Assembly (NCBI RefSeq): GCF_009914755.1
Contig: NC_060947.1
DNA from: the human T2T-CHM13v2.0 reference genome, Homo sapiens
DNA length: 64,000 nt
Reading direction: 5' to 3' (one strand)
Part shown: positions 35,625-61,102 of the stretch, one piece after another
Numbering within the stretch: position 1 is the stretch's first letter
Layout: every line of letters begins with the position of its first letter
Translations under genes and position numbers: made by a program
Notes under the pieces: model-generated
Told to the model about the DNA's origin: nothing
What the model saw: the letters and a program-made list of their open reading frames with translations, nothing else
The model's database searches: none

Positions 35625-35988
35625 TGAGAACAATTGCAAAGCAAGATTGGAGGTTACAGAATTTTCAAACAAAAGTAGAGAAGGAATGGTATAATGAACC
35701 CCCATAGCGCTGTCTGCAGCTTCAACAATTAACACTGCAATGCAATTGTTTGTAATGAGGGATGCGCATCAGAATCTCTGGAGGTGCCTTTGCCAAACAC
35801 ACAGCAGGCTCCAGTTCAATCTCTGGAGATTCTCAGTTGTTGGCTTGGCTTGTGGGTTGGGAATGTGTAGTTTGCAAGCATTCCCCATATGACTTTGGGG
35901 CACACCTCTGGGTAGGAATCACTGTTTCAGTGGCTCCTTGTTGCCCTTATTCTTTAATGTGACTGATATGGCCTGGCTCCTGCTTTAG

Positions 35989-36153
<165 letters not shown>

Positions 36154-36568
36154 TAAGCGATTCTCCTGCCTCAGCCTCCCGAGTAGCTGGGACTACAGGT
36201 GTGCGCCACTACGCCCAGATAATTTTTGTATTTTCAGCAGACATGAGGTTTCACCATGTTGACCAGGCTGGTCTTGAACTCCTGACCTCAGGTGATCCGC
36301 CTGCCTCAGCCTCCCAAAGTGCTAGGATTAAAGACGTGAGCCACCGCACCTGGCCAATTTATTTATTTATTTATTAGAGGCAGAGTCTTGCCATATTGCC
36401 CAGGCTGGTCTCAAACTCCTGGGCTCAAGCAATGATCTCACCTTGGCTTTTATTCCTAAAGTCAGATTACAGGTGTGAGCCACCGTGCCCAGCCCCTACT
36501 TTTTTTTTAAACTACTCCCTCCTTTACACTCTCACTCTAGCCACACTAAGCCACGTTTATTCTTCTGA

Positions 36569-36745
<177 letters not shown>

Positions 36746-37049
36746 TGAATAGCTGGGATTACAGGCATGAGCTACCACACCCGGCTAATTTTTGTAGTTG
36801 TAGTAGAGATGGGGTTTCACCATGTTGGCCAGGCTGGTCTTGAACTCCTGATCTCAGGTGATCTGCCCACCTGGGCCTCCCAAAGTGCTGGGATTACAGG
36901 CATGAGCCACCATGCCCGGCCTGCACATGCAATTTCTGTCAAAGACATGCTTTCTTTTCCCTTTCTTCTGCCTATTTTCTCCTTTAAATCTCTTTATAGT
37001 GGCTGGATCAGTCAGGGGCCTGAGAGAAAACAGAAGCACACCTGGCAAG

Positions 37050-41470
<4,421 letters not shown>

Positions 41471-41537
41471 CTTCGGCCGCGTGCAGTGGCTCATGCCTAT
41501 AATCCCAGCACTTTGGGAGGCCGAGATGGGTGGATCA

Positions 41538-41921
<384 letters not shown>

Positions 41922-42369
41922 TCACTGCCCTGTGTCCTGCCCAGGCCAAGTTCAGGCCCCTCTGGCATCCTTTTTATCTTCTCCAGAACTCTGACCCAGC
42001 ACACAAATATTTGTGTTTTTTAATTATTTTAAATTTATTTATTTATTTATTTTTGGAGACGAGGTCTCACTCTGTTACCCAGGCTGGAGTATAGTGATAA
42101 TATCATAGCTCACTGCAGCTTGGAACTCCTGGGCTTAAGCAATCCTCCTGCCTCCGCCTCCCGAGTAGTTGGGACTACATGTGCACACCACCATGTCCAG
42201 CTAATTTTTAAACTTTTTGTAGAGACAGGATCTTGCTATGTTGCCCAGGCTGGTCTTACACTCCTGGCCTCAAGCAATCCTCCCACCTCTGCTTCCCGAA
42301 GTGCTGGGATTACAGGCATGAGCCACTGTGCCTGGCTGTGCACACAAATGGAGTTTTCTTGCCCTTTCC

Positions 42370-42752
42370 TGTGAACTGAGTTGTATCCCCCAAAACTCAT
42401 GTGTTGAAGCCCTTACCCACAATGGGATTGTATTTGGAGAAAGGGACTTTGGGAGGTGATTAGGTTTGGATGAGGTCATGAGGGTGGGGCCCTCATGATG
42501 AGGTCAGTGTCCTCACAAGAAGAGACACCAGAGAGCTTGCTCTCTCTATGTGCACACACTGAGGAAAGGCCATGTGAGAACACAGCGAGAAGGTGGCCAT
42601 CTGCAAGTCATAAAGAGAGCCCTCCCCAGAGCCTGATCGTGCTGGTACCTTGATCTCAGACTTCCAGCTTCCAGAACTGAGAAATAAATGCCTGATGCTT
42701 AAACCACCCAGTCTGTGGCATTTGGTTATGGCAGCCTGAGCTGACTAAGACA
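42370..42752 (+). mobile_element. MLT1A-type MaLR solo LTR
   Basis: TG...CCCCCAAAACTCATGTGTTGAAG...GATGAGGTCATGAGGGTGGGGCCC...GACTTCCAG...AATAAATG...GCTGACTAAGACA. Confidence 0.88.
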
Positions 42753-43182
42753 CCCCTTGAGGTGACAAATGCCCCACGCCCTGCCCCAGTTCTAGGGGTA
42801 TGGCTCATGATCCTTGGCTTCAGAGGCTGTTGATGGACATGAGTCCTGGGAGCTGTGGTAACGGCTCAAGATGCTGGGGTCCTGGGGTGAAGTGCCCAAC
42901 CCATAGAACTGGGGCAGATGTGGGCCTGGCTCAGGGGATTGGCGGGGAGGGTGCTCTGCAGTCGACCTAGCACAGCAGGACCCCAGCCTGAAGCGCATTT
43001 GGGGTTCCTTGCAGCTTCTTGAGTGAAGTTTAAGTCCAGCGCACCCACAGCCGTGCGCCACTCTCGCCCCTTACCATGTTGCAGGTTCTGCTCCTTTAAC
43101 AAGCAGGCTGGTTACCGAGAAGCAAGGATACGTGGCACAGAGCATCCTCAGGGTCTTCAAAGGCAACACCCCCAGTGCTTAG

Positions 43183-43704
<522 letters not shown>

Positions 43705-43914
43705 TAGGATTTGGAAGACATAGGAATAGAGCACCCAGATGACTACGTTAGCAGAGCAGCCGCACTCAAATGATGCCTTCTCCATTACTTGAAGCTTCTT
43801 TTTGTTCAGCCATTAAAGAAGAAACTTGACAAAATAGGAACAAGGTGATATTTCTCAATTGCAAACCTTTGTAAAGGGACAGTTGGCCTCTAAAGGCTTT
43901 TTTTTTTTTTTTAA

Positions 43915-44376
<462 letters not shown>

Positions 44377-44895
44377 TGAGAACAAGCTTTGCGGTTGCCA
44401 AATATGTACACAGATGCCGATGCCTCCCCTGTGAGCAGCATCCCAGGACCACTCATGTGCCCCAGCTCTTGTCCTCATCCTCACTACCTTGGCCAGGTGC
44501 TGTCAACATGAACAGCCACTGCCATGGGCAGCCTGTTCCACTGTCCCTTCTGCCCGGCTCACCCTCTGGGTGCTGCGGGGGTTTGGCACGTGGGGCAGGT
44601 TCTGATGCAGACTTCCTCCCTGGTCGTTATGTGTGTGTTTTTCTTTATGTCCTGATCCTTTTTCATTGAACCTAAAAGTGGTGTCTGGGTGCAGGTGTAA
44701 CCAATGGTGGATCCAGAAATAAGAGCTTTGTGTGATAAGATTCTTACAACTGTCCCTGTCTTACACCTGGCCAGTGACTGAACCCTTGGTCTTTTTCAGG
44801 AGCTGGGATGTCTAAACCTATTGAAAATGAAATTGGAATTCCTGACATGGGAATTCGGTGTTTTCTCCTCGCTCCACCAAAACACTCACTTCTAG

Positions 44896-45234
<339 letters not shown>

Positions 45235-45499
45235 TGAACCACCGCGCCCAGCCTTTTTTAAATGAAAGGCACCCATCAGTGGCCCTCACTGTGGGTCCCG
45301 GAACGTGGTCAGGGAGCAGGTTCTGTCTTCATGCGTCCTTTAGGGGTCCTGGGGCTGACTCCGCCTGCGAGCCCCATCCTGGGGTCACGTTAAGCACCTT
45401 TTGTAGACATTGTATTTTTATTAAAATGTCAAATCTGGCCGGGTGCAGTGGCTCACGCCTGTAATCCCAGCACTTTGGGAGGCCAAGGCGGGTGGATCA

Positions 45500-45947
<448 letters not shown>

Positions 45948-46328
45948 TCAACCCCTAGCTCCAGGCCTCCTGCCCTGTGGGACAGGTCTACGGGGTTGGG
46001 ACACCCACGTTGCCTGATCTTGTGACAGCATGAGGTGCTCATGGAGCGGAGTGTAGGAACCCTGCTGCTCAGATGTCATGCTGCACCAGGCTGACCAGGG
46101 CCGTGATAGTGACCAGCCACATGGCCATGGTTTCTAAGTACACCATTTGATATAAGGAGACGATTTAATAAAGCATTGTCTTAAAAAAAAAACTGGAGCA
46201 GATGGAAAAGGTTTTCATTCTTGTTGAACAGGGTGTACTGGGTATCCTTCAACTGTAGCAGTAGAGATGTTGGCTAGACAAGGAAATCATGCTGCTGGCA
46301 AAAATGCTGAGCTCCAGAATGGTGCTGA

Positions 46329-46730
<402 letters not shown>

Positions 46731-47083
46731 TAATAAGAACTCTGTGGGATTATCCTTTAGAAACCAACAATATATCTATCAAAACTGAACATACACATTC
46801 CCTGACCCAGCAACCCCACTCCTAGGTAGATAGCCAACGGAAATGCAGATATATGTTTACCCAAAGGCAAAAATGTCCATAGCGGTGCTCTTTGTAATAG
46901 CCCCAACAGAAAACTACCCAAATGCCTACCACCTATAGGGAATGGAGAAATAAATGGTGTATTCACCCAGTGGAATACTCTACAGCAACAAGAATCAGTA
47001 AGCTCTTGAGAAGACATGGAGGAACCTCATGCATGTAATGTTGCACAAGAAGGCCAACAAATGTAGGAGTCCGTACTTTATGA

Positions 47084-47302
<219 letters not shown>

Positions 47303-48446
47303 TAGCTGGGGCTATGGATGTGCACCACCGCACCCAGCTAATTTTTTGTATTTTTAGTAGAGACGGTGTTTCACCATGTTGGCCAGACTGGTCTCAAACT
47401 CCTGACCTTGTGATCCACCTGCCTCGGCCTCCCAAAGTGCTGGGATTACAGACATGGGCCACTGTGTCTGGCCATAGTTCACTAAGTTTTTAAAAATCCG
47501 TGATAGCAAATGGTTTACAGGGTACAAAGTGCCTTTGCATATGTGTTATCTCACGTTTTGCTCATTTTCATGCCAAGTGGACTTTATTGAGATATTATTT
47601 ACATATAACAAAGTGCATAAATTTTAAGTGATGACCCTAATGAATTTTACCACACATACACACCCAGGTAACCCACACCAAGATCAAGCTACAGAACATT
47701 CCTGAACTCCTGAGAGTTCCTTCACATGATCTCCTTTGATCATCATGACAATCTCTGGACAGCAGAGCCATTATCTGCCCATATCATCTCTGAGGAACAT
47801 CAGCCTTAGAGGCCAAGACCTGCCATGGTCCCAGTGCCCCCTCTGGGTTGGGACGGTGCTGCCCTCATGGCAGAGAAATGGCTGAGAGGCTCTCAGTAGC
47901 CTTCTCAGAACCCTCTGACTTGAGTTGGCATCATTAGCCTATGAATTCACTTTCTGGAAAATGAGGCTCTGTCCCCTTGCTACACAGCTGGGCAGGGAGC
48001 TGGGGAGGTGGGTTGGGTGGCACTAGCTAGTTATTTTTTTATTTTATTTATTTATTTATTTTGAGACAGTCTCACTCTGTTGCCCAGGCTGGAGTGCAGT
48101 GGCATGATCTCGGCTCACTACAACCTCCGCCTCCCAGGTTCAAGCGATTCTCTTGCCTCAGCCTCCTCATAGCTGGGACTATAGGCGCGCACCACCGTAC
48201 CTGGCTAATTTTTTTTTTTTTTTCTTGAGATGGAGTCTCGCTCTGTCGCCCAGGCTGGAGTGCAGTGCGCAATCTCAGCTCACTGCAAGCTCCGCCTCAT
48301 GGGTTCACGCCATTCTTCTGCCTCAGCCTCCTGAGTAGCTGGGACTATAGGTGCCCGCCACCATGCCCGGCTAATTTTTTGTATTTTTAGTAAAGGCGGG
48401 GTTTCACCGTGTTAGCCAGGATGGTCTCGATCTCCTGACCTCGTGA

Positions 48447-48743
<297 letters not shown>

Positions 48744-49060
48744 TGAGGGATGCTAGTGTCTGTGAGAAACTGCCCTTGGGGAGGGAGTGGCCACCAACCA
48801 GCCCAACTGGGTGGGCAGGGCTCCTGGGAGAAACAGGCAGATGCTGCACGGGAATGAGGCCTGTGTGGGCCTCATGCTGAAGCTTCAGGGGCGGCTCGGT
48901 GTGAGTGCATTCAGGGTTCGATTCTCACCACCCCCAGTCCCTGCCTGGGCCTGGGTGAGGTTTGAGGGCTGACCCGAGGCAAGCCCAGAGCAAAGACAAG
49001 GTGCACATTGGACTTTCCTGAGGCCTTCTCCCTCCAGTTCCAAGCCCTTTCTCAAACTGA

Positions 49061-49471
<411 letters not shown>

Positions 49472-50242
49472 TAGTGGCGAGGTCTCGGCTCACTGCAACC
49501 TCCACCTCCCAAGTTCAAGCAATTCTGCCTCAGCCTCCCGAGTAGCTGGGATTACAGGCGCCCGCCACTACGCCCAGCTAATTTTTTGTATTTTTAGTAG
49601 AGACGGGGTTTCACCATGTTGGCTAGGCTGGTCTCAAACTCCTGACCTTGTGATTCGCCCTCCTCTGCCTCCCAAAGAGCTGGAATTACAGGCTTGAGCC
49701 ACCAGGCCTGGCCTCGTGGCCTTTTTTCTTTAGGGGCGACCTGGTGGGTTCATCTGGAGCAAGGATGCCCTTCCTCACTTTGCTCAGAGCTCTGGGAAAT
49801 TTCTGGGCCCTCTTAGGCAGTTCTCTTGATTCTCCCAGTCATGAACAAAGGCCCCCGTCCCCCACTGGGACTGGAACTCTTTGTTCTGGAAAGCTGAGTA
49901 CTGCAGGGCAGGCCTGGGTCAGAGGCCACTGCCTGGTGTTCCCTCGGGGCAGAGTCCCCTCTAGCCACACTCTCACTGGCTTCTGAAAGAGGAAGGCTGA
50001 CGAACTGGGTGACTCATCCCATTTCTGGAAAAGAGAGGATCAGGAGTTCAGATGGGCATGTTTATGACTGACGTCTGGATGAGATGACACGATAAACATA
50101 AGGGCTTAACAAAATTTAGCAAAGACTTGGGCAGCAGCCCATGAAGAAGTGTTTAGTTTTTCTATTAAAAAAAAAAAAAAGCCGGGCGCCATGGCTCACA
50201 CCTGTAATCCCAGCACTTTGGGAGGCCGAGGCGGGCGGATCA

Positions 50243-50638
<396 letters not shown>

Positions 50639-51910
50639 CTATAATCCCAGCTGCTCTGGACGCTGAGGCAGGAGAATCGCTTGAACCCGGGAGGTGGAGG
50701 TTGAGGGAGCTGAGCTCATGCCATTGACCTCCAGCCTGGGTGGCAAGAGTGAAACTCTGTCTCAAAAAAAAAAAAAAAAAAAAAAAGCCTTAATTCCAAA
50801 GCCACAAATGAGCCTACACCATTGGCTCATCTCAGCCTAAGAATCCAATTCCAGGAGGTAGGAGAGGGTGACCTGCGGTGGCCGAGAAGGATGTGACGGC
50901 TCTCCGAGGTGAACAACCGTTCATTCTCAATGAATAGTTTCACATGGACCCATGGACCCATTTCAGGGATTTGCTGTTCTTTAAAACACGGCAGAAAAAA
51001 CCCCAAACAAAAATTCCTATGTACACCAGTCACCCCTTCTCTCTTCTGCTTTTTGGCTAACATCAGGCCAGGGACACATGGTGGCCCTAGCTCAGTCTTT
51101 GCTGGGACTTGGTGACAAGCCCAGGGACAAAGAAAACCAGTCTCTACTCTGACCTACCCCAAAGGGTGCCCATTAGGGACGGGGCAAATAAACAAGCTTT
51201 GAGATTTTTACATGGAAATCTCAAGGGACCAAGATTTCACTCACTCTGGTAAAACAAAAACAAAAACACCCTCCTTCTGTTCCCCGGAACTGAGCTTCTG
51301 AGTAACAACTGTTGGCCTCTACCCACACACACAGCTCAGTCTCTATTTGCAACAAGATCCTGGATGCTGGGCTTTGATATGAATTCTAACCCTTTGATTT
51401 CAGCACCTGTCTGTCCCTGCTGTGTTGTAAAAGTGGGGTGGGGGTGGGAAGCTATAACCACTTCTAGACAGGAAGTTATTTAGGCAAAAAAAAAAAAAAA
51501 AAAACAAACAAAAAAAACAGATGAAGCATTGCACCAAGTACAAAGGTAGCCACACCTCAGGCTGAAAGGTTCCTTCCAGAGAGATAAGATACCCGACAGC
51601 AAAAGTCACACAGCTCCATGAGATCTGGGTGAAATGGAAACTTCCTGTTTATTTTAGTCCCTTCAGCCTGGGGGTGGAGAGGGAGCAGCAGAGATGGAAG
51701 CCGTGGCTGCTACTTTTGTTAAGAATCAAAACTGCTGGATCAGTCCAGAAGATTGTGGCATCGCCTGTCCCATCAACCATGCCCTCCCGTTCCCACCAAG
51801 GACACGACAGAGATAATACCATGAGAATATATGAGTTGCCCACAACTAGCACCAGATGCTGTTGGCAGGCTCATTTTAACTTCACAGCATCCTTCTGGGG
51901 ATGGGAATAG

Positions 51911-52210
<300 letters not shown>

Positions 52211-52224
52211 TGAACCACTGCGTG

Positions 52225-52256
<32 letters not shown>

Positions 52257-52716
52257 ATCAGAGCTGCGCTGGGGAGGGTAGGTGACGCAATCACAGTCAA
52301 GTAGGCGCTCAGAGGCTGAGTCAGGACCTGGCTTGCTCTCAGGCCCTGCCCCCACCCCAGCTACTTCCTCCTAAATATCTCTAATCGCTCAGTTTCTTGG
52401 ACCTTTAGTTTTAGCACTGGGACTGCCCTGATTAATTCCTTTAGCAATGATCACACCCATAAGTACGCCATTTCCACCCTCCCCACCCTAGGGCTCTCTG
52501 GGGAAGATGACCTAGTCCAGGGCCACCCAACATCTCAGAGCAGTCCCAGGTAATTCTCAGGATGGTAGACAGGGCTTCTGAGCTCAGCACAGGGATGCTT
52601 GATGTTGTTCACACCTGTGAAGAAAGGCAGAAATACACATGCCAAAGACGTGGAGAGACTGGATCCCTCATGCATTGTGGGAGGGATTGCTAAATGTTGC
52701 AGCCGCTTTGAAAAAC

Positions 52717-52850
52717 TCCTAGGAAAACCAGAGACCCTTGTTCACTTGTTTATCTGCTGACCTTCCCTCCACTATTGTCCTATGACCCTGCCAAATCCCC
52801 CTCTGCGAGAAACACCCAAGAATGATCAATAAATACTAAAAAAAAAAAAA
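52717..52850 (+). mobile_element. 5'-truncated SVA (SINE-R 3' end) inserted in an L1M
   Basis: CCTAGGAAAACCAGAGACC...CCCAAGAATGATCAATAAA plus A-tail; TSD GAAAAAC at 52710-52716 and 52851-52857. Confidence 0.9.
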
Positions 52851-52922
52851 GAAAAACAGTTTGGTGGTTCCTCAAAAGGTTAAACATAGAGTTACCATAC
52901 GCCCCAGCAATTCCACTTTTAG

Positions 52923-54682
52923 TGTAAATCAAAAACTGACTGATGGCAGGCCTTCGTGGCTCACGCCTGTAATCCCAGCGCTTCGGGAGGCTGAGGCAGG
53001 CGGATCACTTGAGGCCGGCGGATCACTTGAGGCCAGGAGTTTGAGACCAGCCTGGGCAACATGGCGAAACCCCGTCTCTACTAAAAATACAAAATTAGCC
53101 GGGTGTGGTGGCTCACACCTGTAATTCCAGCTACTTGTGAGGCTGAGGCAACAGAATTCCTTGAGCCCGGGAGGCAGAGGCTGCAGTGAGCCACGATGGT
53201 GTTACTGCACTACAGCCTGCGACAGAATGAGACTCTGTCTCAAAAACAACAACAACAAACGACTGAGACAGGTTTCAACGAATTTAGAGGTTTATTTAGC
53301 CAAGGTTGAGGACATGTCTGGGGGAAAAAAAAACACAAGTCACAGTAGAATCTGTGTCCTGTGCTTTTTCCAAAGAGGGTTTGGGAACTTCAGTATTTAA
53401 AGGGGAAAGAACAGCCGGGTGTGGTGGCTCAGGCCTGTAATCCCAGCACTTTGGGAGGCCAAGGCAGGAGGATCGCTTGAGCCCAGGAGTCCAAGACCAG
53501 CCAGGGCAACTTGGCAAAACCTCCTCTCTACTAAAAATACAAAAATTGGCTGGGCATGGTGGCTCACGCCTGTAATCCCAGCACTTTGGGAGGCCGAGGA
53601 GGGTGGATCATGAGATCAGGGGTTCAAGATCAGCCTGGCCAAGATGGTGAAACCCTGTCTCTACTAAAAATACAAAAATTAGCTGGGCGTGGTGCAGACA
53701 CCTGTAATCCCAGCTACTTGGGAGGCTGAGGCAGGAGAGTTGCTTGAACCTGGGGGAGGAGGTTGCAGTGAGCCAAGATGGCGCCACTGCACTCTAGCCT
53801 GGGTGACAGAGTGAGATTCTGTCTCCAAAAAAAAAAAAAAAAAAATTAGCCGGGCGTGGTGATGCATGCCTGTGGTCCCAGCTGCTCAGGAGGCTGAGGT
53901 GGGAGGATCACCTGAGCACAGGTGGTAGAGGTTGCAGTGAGCCAAGATCATGCCACTGCATTCCAGCCTGGGCATCAGAATGAGAGCCTGTCTCAAAAAA
54001 ATAAATAAATAAATAAATAAAAATAAAAATAAATGAAAAATAAAGGGGAAAGGGCCAGGCGTGGTGGGTGGCTCACTCTTGTAATCCCAGCACTTTGGGA
54101 GGCCTAGGCTGGCAGATCACTTGAGGTCAGGAGTTCAAGACCAGCCTGGCCAACATGGTGATACCCCATCTCTACTAAAAATACAAAAATTAGACGGTCA
54201 TGGTGGTACACGCCTGTAATTCTAGCTACTCAGGAGGCTGAGGTGCGAGAGTTGTTTGAACCTGGGAGGCAGCAGTTGCAGTGAGCCAAGATTGCACTAC
54301 TGCACTCCAGCCAGGGCGACAGAGGAAGACTCCATCTCAAAAAATAATAATAACAATAAATAAATAAAAAATAAATAAAGGGGAAAGGGCAAGCAGGAGG
54401 GGAAGAAAAAAAAACAAGGTGGGTAGGCAATGAGGCACCTGGTTACATTCTTATGAGACTGTGAATCTACATTTTACATGTGAAAAGAAAGGGGAAGGGG
54501 AGGGAGTCAACTATGCATTCCTCCCCTGCTCAGTAAATCTACATTTTACATAAGGTAAAGTAAGCAAGTGAAATTACAGCTATCTGTTTGAGAATGAAAG
54601 GAAAGCAGTTTTTGCATGACTCAGTTCCCAAGCTTAACTTTCCCTTTGGCATAGTGAGTTGGAGTTCCATTTTTCTTTCACG
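52923..54682 (-). mobile_element. ERV1 MER4-group LTR (MER83-like) interrupted by several Alus
   Basis: TGTAAATCAAAAA..GACTGAGACAGG..TTTAGAGGTTTATTTAGCCAAGGTTGAGGAC...CCCTTTGGCATAGTGAGTT; the host L1 resumes on both sides. Confidence 0.6.
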
Positions 54683-54795
54683 CTAGGTATCTACCCAAGA
54701 GAAATGAGACGTATGTACGCATAAAACTCCTACACGAGTGTTCACAGCAGCATTATTCATAATAGCCCCAAATTGGAAACAACCCAATTGTCTAC

Positions 54796-55466
54796 TGAGA
54801 AAAGAAAAATAGCTCAGAGCAGGCCCAGAGAGACATGAATAGGGACTTCAGTCATCATCTCCCCAGCCCCCACCGCATGCCTGGGGACAATTGTTTAAAG
54901 TCACTTTGTTCCTGACTAGCTGGCTCACCTATTATCTTCATGTACCTGGGATTTGTGATATAAAGACAAATTTTTACTTTAAAAATCCACTTGTAGGCCT
55001 GGCACGGTGGCTCACGCATGTAATCCCAGCAGTTTGGGAAGCCTAGGCAGGTGGATCACTTGAGGCCAGGACTTCCAGACTAACCTGGCCAAACATGGCA
55101 AAACCCCGTCTCTACTCAAAATACAAAAGTTAAAAACAAACAAACAAACAAAAGTTAGCTGGGCATGGTGGCGTGTGCCTGTAATCGCAGCTACTCAGGA
55201 GGCTGAGTCAGGAGAATCTCTTGAACCTGGGAGGGAGGTGGAGGTTGCAGTGAGCTGAGATCACGCCACTGCACTCCAGCCTGGGCAACAGAGCAAAACT
55301 TGGTCTCCAAAAAAAAAAAAAAAATCCACTTGTAACTGCTGCTAGGCAGAATGTTATGTTCAGGGCAACCTGAATCTGTGCTCTCAGATAACAATTTTAA
55401 AGCTTGGCCCAAATAAACTCTCTACGTATATTCATTTTGCCCCAGCTTCTTCCTTTTAGGTTGACA
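54796..55466 (+). mobile_element. LTR47/MER72-like solo LTR with Alu insertion
   Basis: TGAGAAAAGAAAAATAGCTCAGAGCAG...GCTTGGCCCAAATAAACTCTCTAC...TTTTAGGTTGACA. Confidence 0.6.
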
Positions 55467-55614
55467 CCATCAAGTGACAAATGGATAAACAAAATGTGGT
55501 ATATCCAAACAGTAGAATATGATTCATCAGTGAAAAGGAATGAAGTATTGATACATGCCATAACACTGGCGAAACTTGAAGACCTGTTAGTTAAGTTTAT
55601 GGATACAAAGGTCA

Positions 55615-55962
<348 letters not shown>

Positions 55963-56109
55963 CTAGCAATAAAAGGCTGATTGAGAAACTGGGGCAGGAA
56001 TCCAGAAATGAAATGATGAGGGTCTAGGCCAAAGCCTTGACAGGGAACTGGAGAGAGAAGATCCAATTTACAGTCTAAAGAGGAAACTGGCACCAGATTA
56101 CATGGTCAC

Positions 56110-56960
<851 letters not shown>

Positions 56961-57021
56961 CTTTTTTCTTTTTCTTTTCTTTTCCTTTATTTTATTTTAT
57001 TTTTTATTTTATTTTTTGTGA

Positions 57022-57123
<102 letters not shown>

Positions 57124-58173
57124 TGAGTAGCTGGCACTACAGGCATGGGCTATGTGATCTTTCTGTGCTTTAATCTTCCCAGTTGTAAAAATTAAAGAAC
57201 AGTAGTGACTACCTCCTAGGTTGTCCTGACAGTAACCGAGAAAATCCATGTGGAACAGCAGAAACACTAAGAAGAATGCAAATGTGCTTTCCTCTCTTGT
57301 ATTTCCATACAGACGACCTTTTCCCTGGGCAGCCTGTAGCCATCTGCTTGGGAGCAGGGAAGGTTTTTCCAAAGTTCTTGAGCAAATTAAATATAAATCC
57401 TAAAGATCTCAGATCACAATGTCTCTTCCATGAGAGAAAGAAGATACCCCTATGCCAACCTCAGTCAAGCCGTGAGACTTGTTGCCTTTTAGTAGGAGGA
57501 TATGACCTGCAGAAACTGAAAGCCCAAAAGTCGTCCCTTCCGGTTCCCAGGACTTGTAGGCAGAAACATGGAGGCAGGACCAGGAGAGGTGTGGCAGTGG
57601 GTCCCAAGGTCACTCTTCTGGGCATATGGCCAGAGAAAGGGTAGAAAGTTGGGTAAATTGAAAGAGAAACCAGAAGCCAAGGTCTCTGGCTAGATTCAAA
57701 TCTGGGACCCTGAGAGGAGATTGTGTCCCACACTGCCACCCCCCCCCACCCCCCAACCTGGGGGCCACATGGAACATCTTGGAGGTGCAGGACAGAGAGA
57801 GGAGGGCGGGGGTGCTGCTGTCCAGAGTTGCCCTGTGGTACTGCGTGGCCTGGACAGAAAGTTCTGTTCTGGCTGGATTTCAGCAAAGAGGGAGTCAGGC
57901 TACAGGTAGATATTGAGGCAAAAACGTCTACTGAGCCCCTAGAAAGCTCTGCCCTGGGAAATAGAGAGAGAGTGGTGCAAGGTTGAATTACAGTTGGAGC
58001 TCTCAAGGAATGATCTTTGAAGCCAAGCTTGGTGAGTTCACTGATGAGCAGGGTGGGGAGGGTGTAATTAGGGAAGAATCGGATAGAAGCCTGGGAGCAT
58101 CCGCAGCCGAGGAGAGGATGAAAGACAAGGAGGTGCTGCAGAGACCTGAAGTGCAGCAGGAAAACTGGGGAAG

Positions 58174-59363
<1,190 letters not shown>

Positions 59364-60422
59364 AAAGTACTGTTCCAAAGCAGCTCCGGGGGGCAAGAGC
59401 TTCAAGGATGTTCCCTAAGCACGAGGCTAATCCACGTGGAAAGGGCTGTGTTCCTCCTATGCTGCTGAGCACCTTGCTCTCCTTACATTTCTGCGTGGGT
59501 AAGCAGAATCCCCCAGCACTTAAACATACTCTTTTCTGCAGGCCCTGGAGCAGTCCTGTTGGATCCCAGGCTGACAGGCAAGCAGGTCCCCATTCTGGGA
59601 GCCACCCAGGGCCTTACTGGCAGGGTCCCTGCTAAAGCCACACCTGCTGTAGGTAGAGCAGGTGAGCTGGGGGCTTCAGTAGCCCAGGGGAGCTCTCCCT
59701 GGTAGCAGGGAGCTCAGGTCCTGACTCCAGGCCAGAGGGCATGGGAGCAACTCAGTCTCCTTCCACTTCCATGGCAACCTGGGTGGAGTGGCCCGATCCA
59801 GGTGCCAGCGTGGCAGAGGCCGTGGGAGTGCTCAGACGGGCACACCCACCGGCCCAAAGGCAGTGGGCAAGTCACTTGCATGGCCAGGCCTGCCCTGTCC
59901 AGATTTATGAACTGGGCCAGGAGGGTGTGTTGGGCAATTAGGCGAGGATAGCCGTCGCTGTGCACACAACACCTGATTTCCACACGACTTGTTTCTACTT
60001 GTTCTTCCTGTCTGGGGTAATCTTAGTTTTGCCCTGTTTGTTACTTTCAATAGCATTTAGGCTTAAAAAGGAAACTCAAAAGAAACAGCTCCTCTATTTG
60101 GACACACAAGGAAGTTTGGGGATGGATTGAGCTAGCCCCTTGTTGAGAAGAGGATGCTGGGGAAGTCACTTCCTATGGCTCTCGGTGCTACATTCATCCT
60201 TGTGACCCGAGGTGGATATGGAACCGTCTCATTTACCAAGTTGTTTCGAGACTTTTATGATTTGAAACTCCCGTGTTTTCTGTCAATTTCTGTGTGTGAA
60301 AGTTCCCCACAAATTGTTAAAGTTGACAACTCATTCTGGCATCCAAGCCGCCGTAATTGGATCCTAGTACCGACAAAATCTACCTGCTCTGTCAGTACTC
60401 AGTAACAGAAACTCCAAGTTTG

Positions 60423-60466
60423 TTCATTCATTCATTCATTTATTCATCCATCCATTCATTCATTCA
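60423..60466. repeat. (TTCA)n tract, probably an L2 3' end
   Basis: Direct reading; followed by L2-like AATTGCTTCTGAGCA...TGTGTACC. Confidence 0.7.
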
Positions 60467-60677
60467 GTAAATTGCTTCTGAGCAGTCAGTGTGTACCACT
60501 GTATTGCTTGAAATGGGATACAGAGATGAAAATATAGTCTAGGCCTTGCGCAGTGGTTCACGCCTGTAATCCCAACACTTGGGGAGGCCAAGGTGGGCGG
60601 ATCACCTGGGTCAGGAGTTCGAGATCAGCCTGGCTAACATGGTGAAACCTCGTTTCTACTAAAAATACAAAAAATTA

Positions 60678-60809
<132 letters not shown>

Positions 60810-60859
60810 TCAAAAAAAAAAAAAAAAAAGAATTTCCTTCCTACAAAATTTATCTCCTA

Positions 60860-61102
<243 letters not shown>

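Noticed and set aside
45986-46030. GTCTACGG...CCTGATCTTGT resembling the 5S rRNA 5' end
   Set aside because: Match breaks down after a few bases; no internal control region
52998-53035. 18-bp tandem duplication inside an Alu (similar one near 36135-36172)
   Set aside because: Ordinary slippage within repeats; no functional implication
59640-60000. GC-rich unique block with short ORFs, considered as a processed pseudogene
   Set aside because: No recognisable protein, poly(A) tail or TSD; more likely ordinary or enhancer sequence
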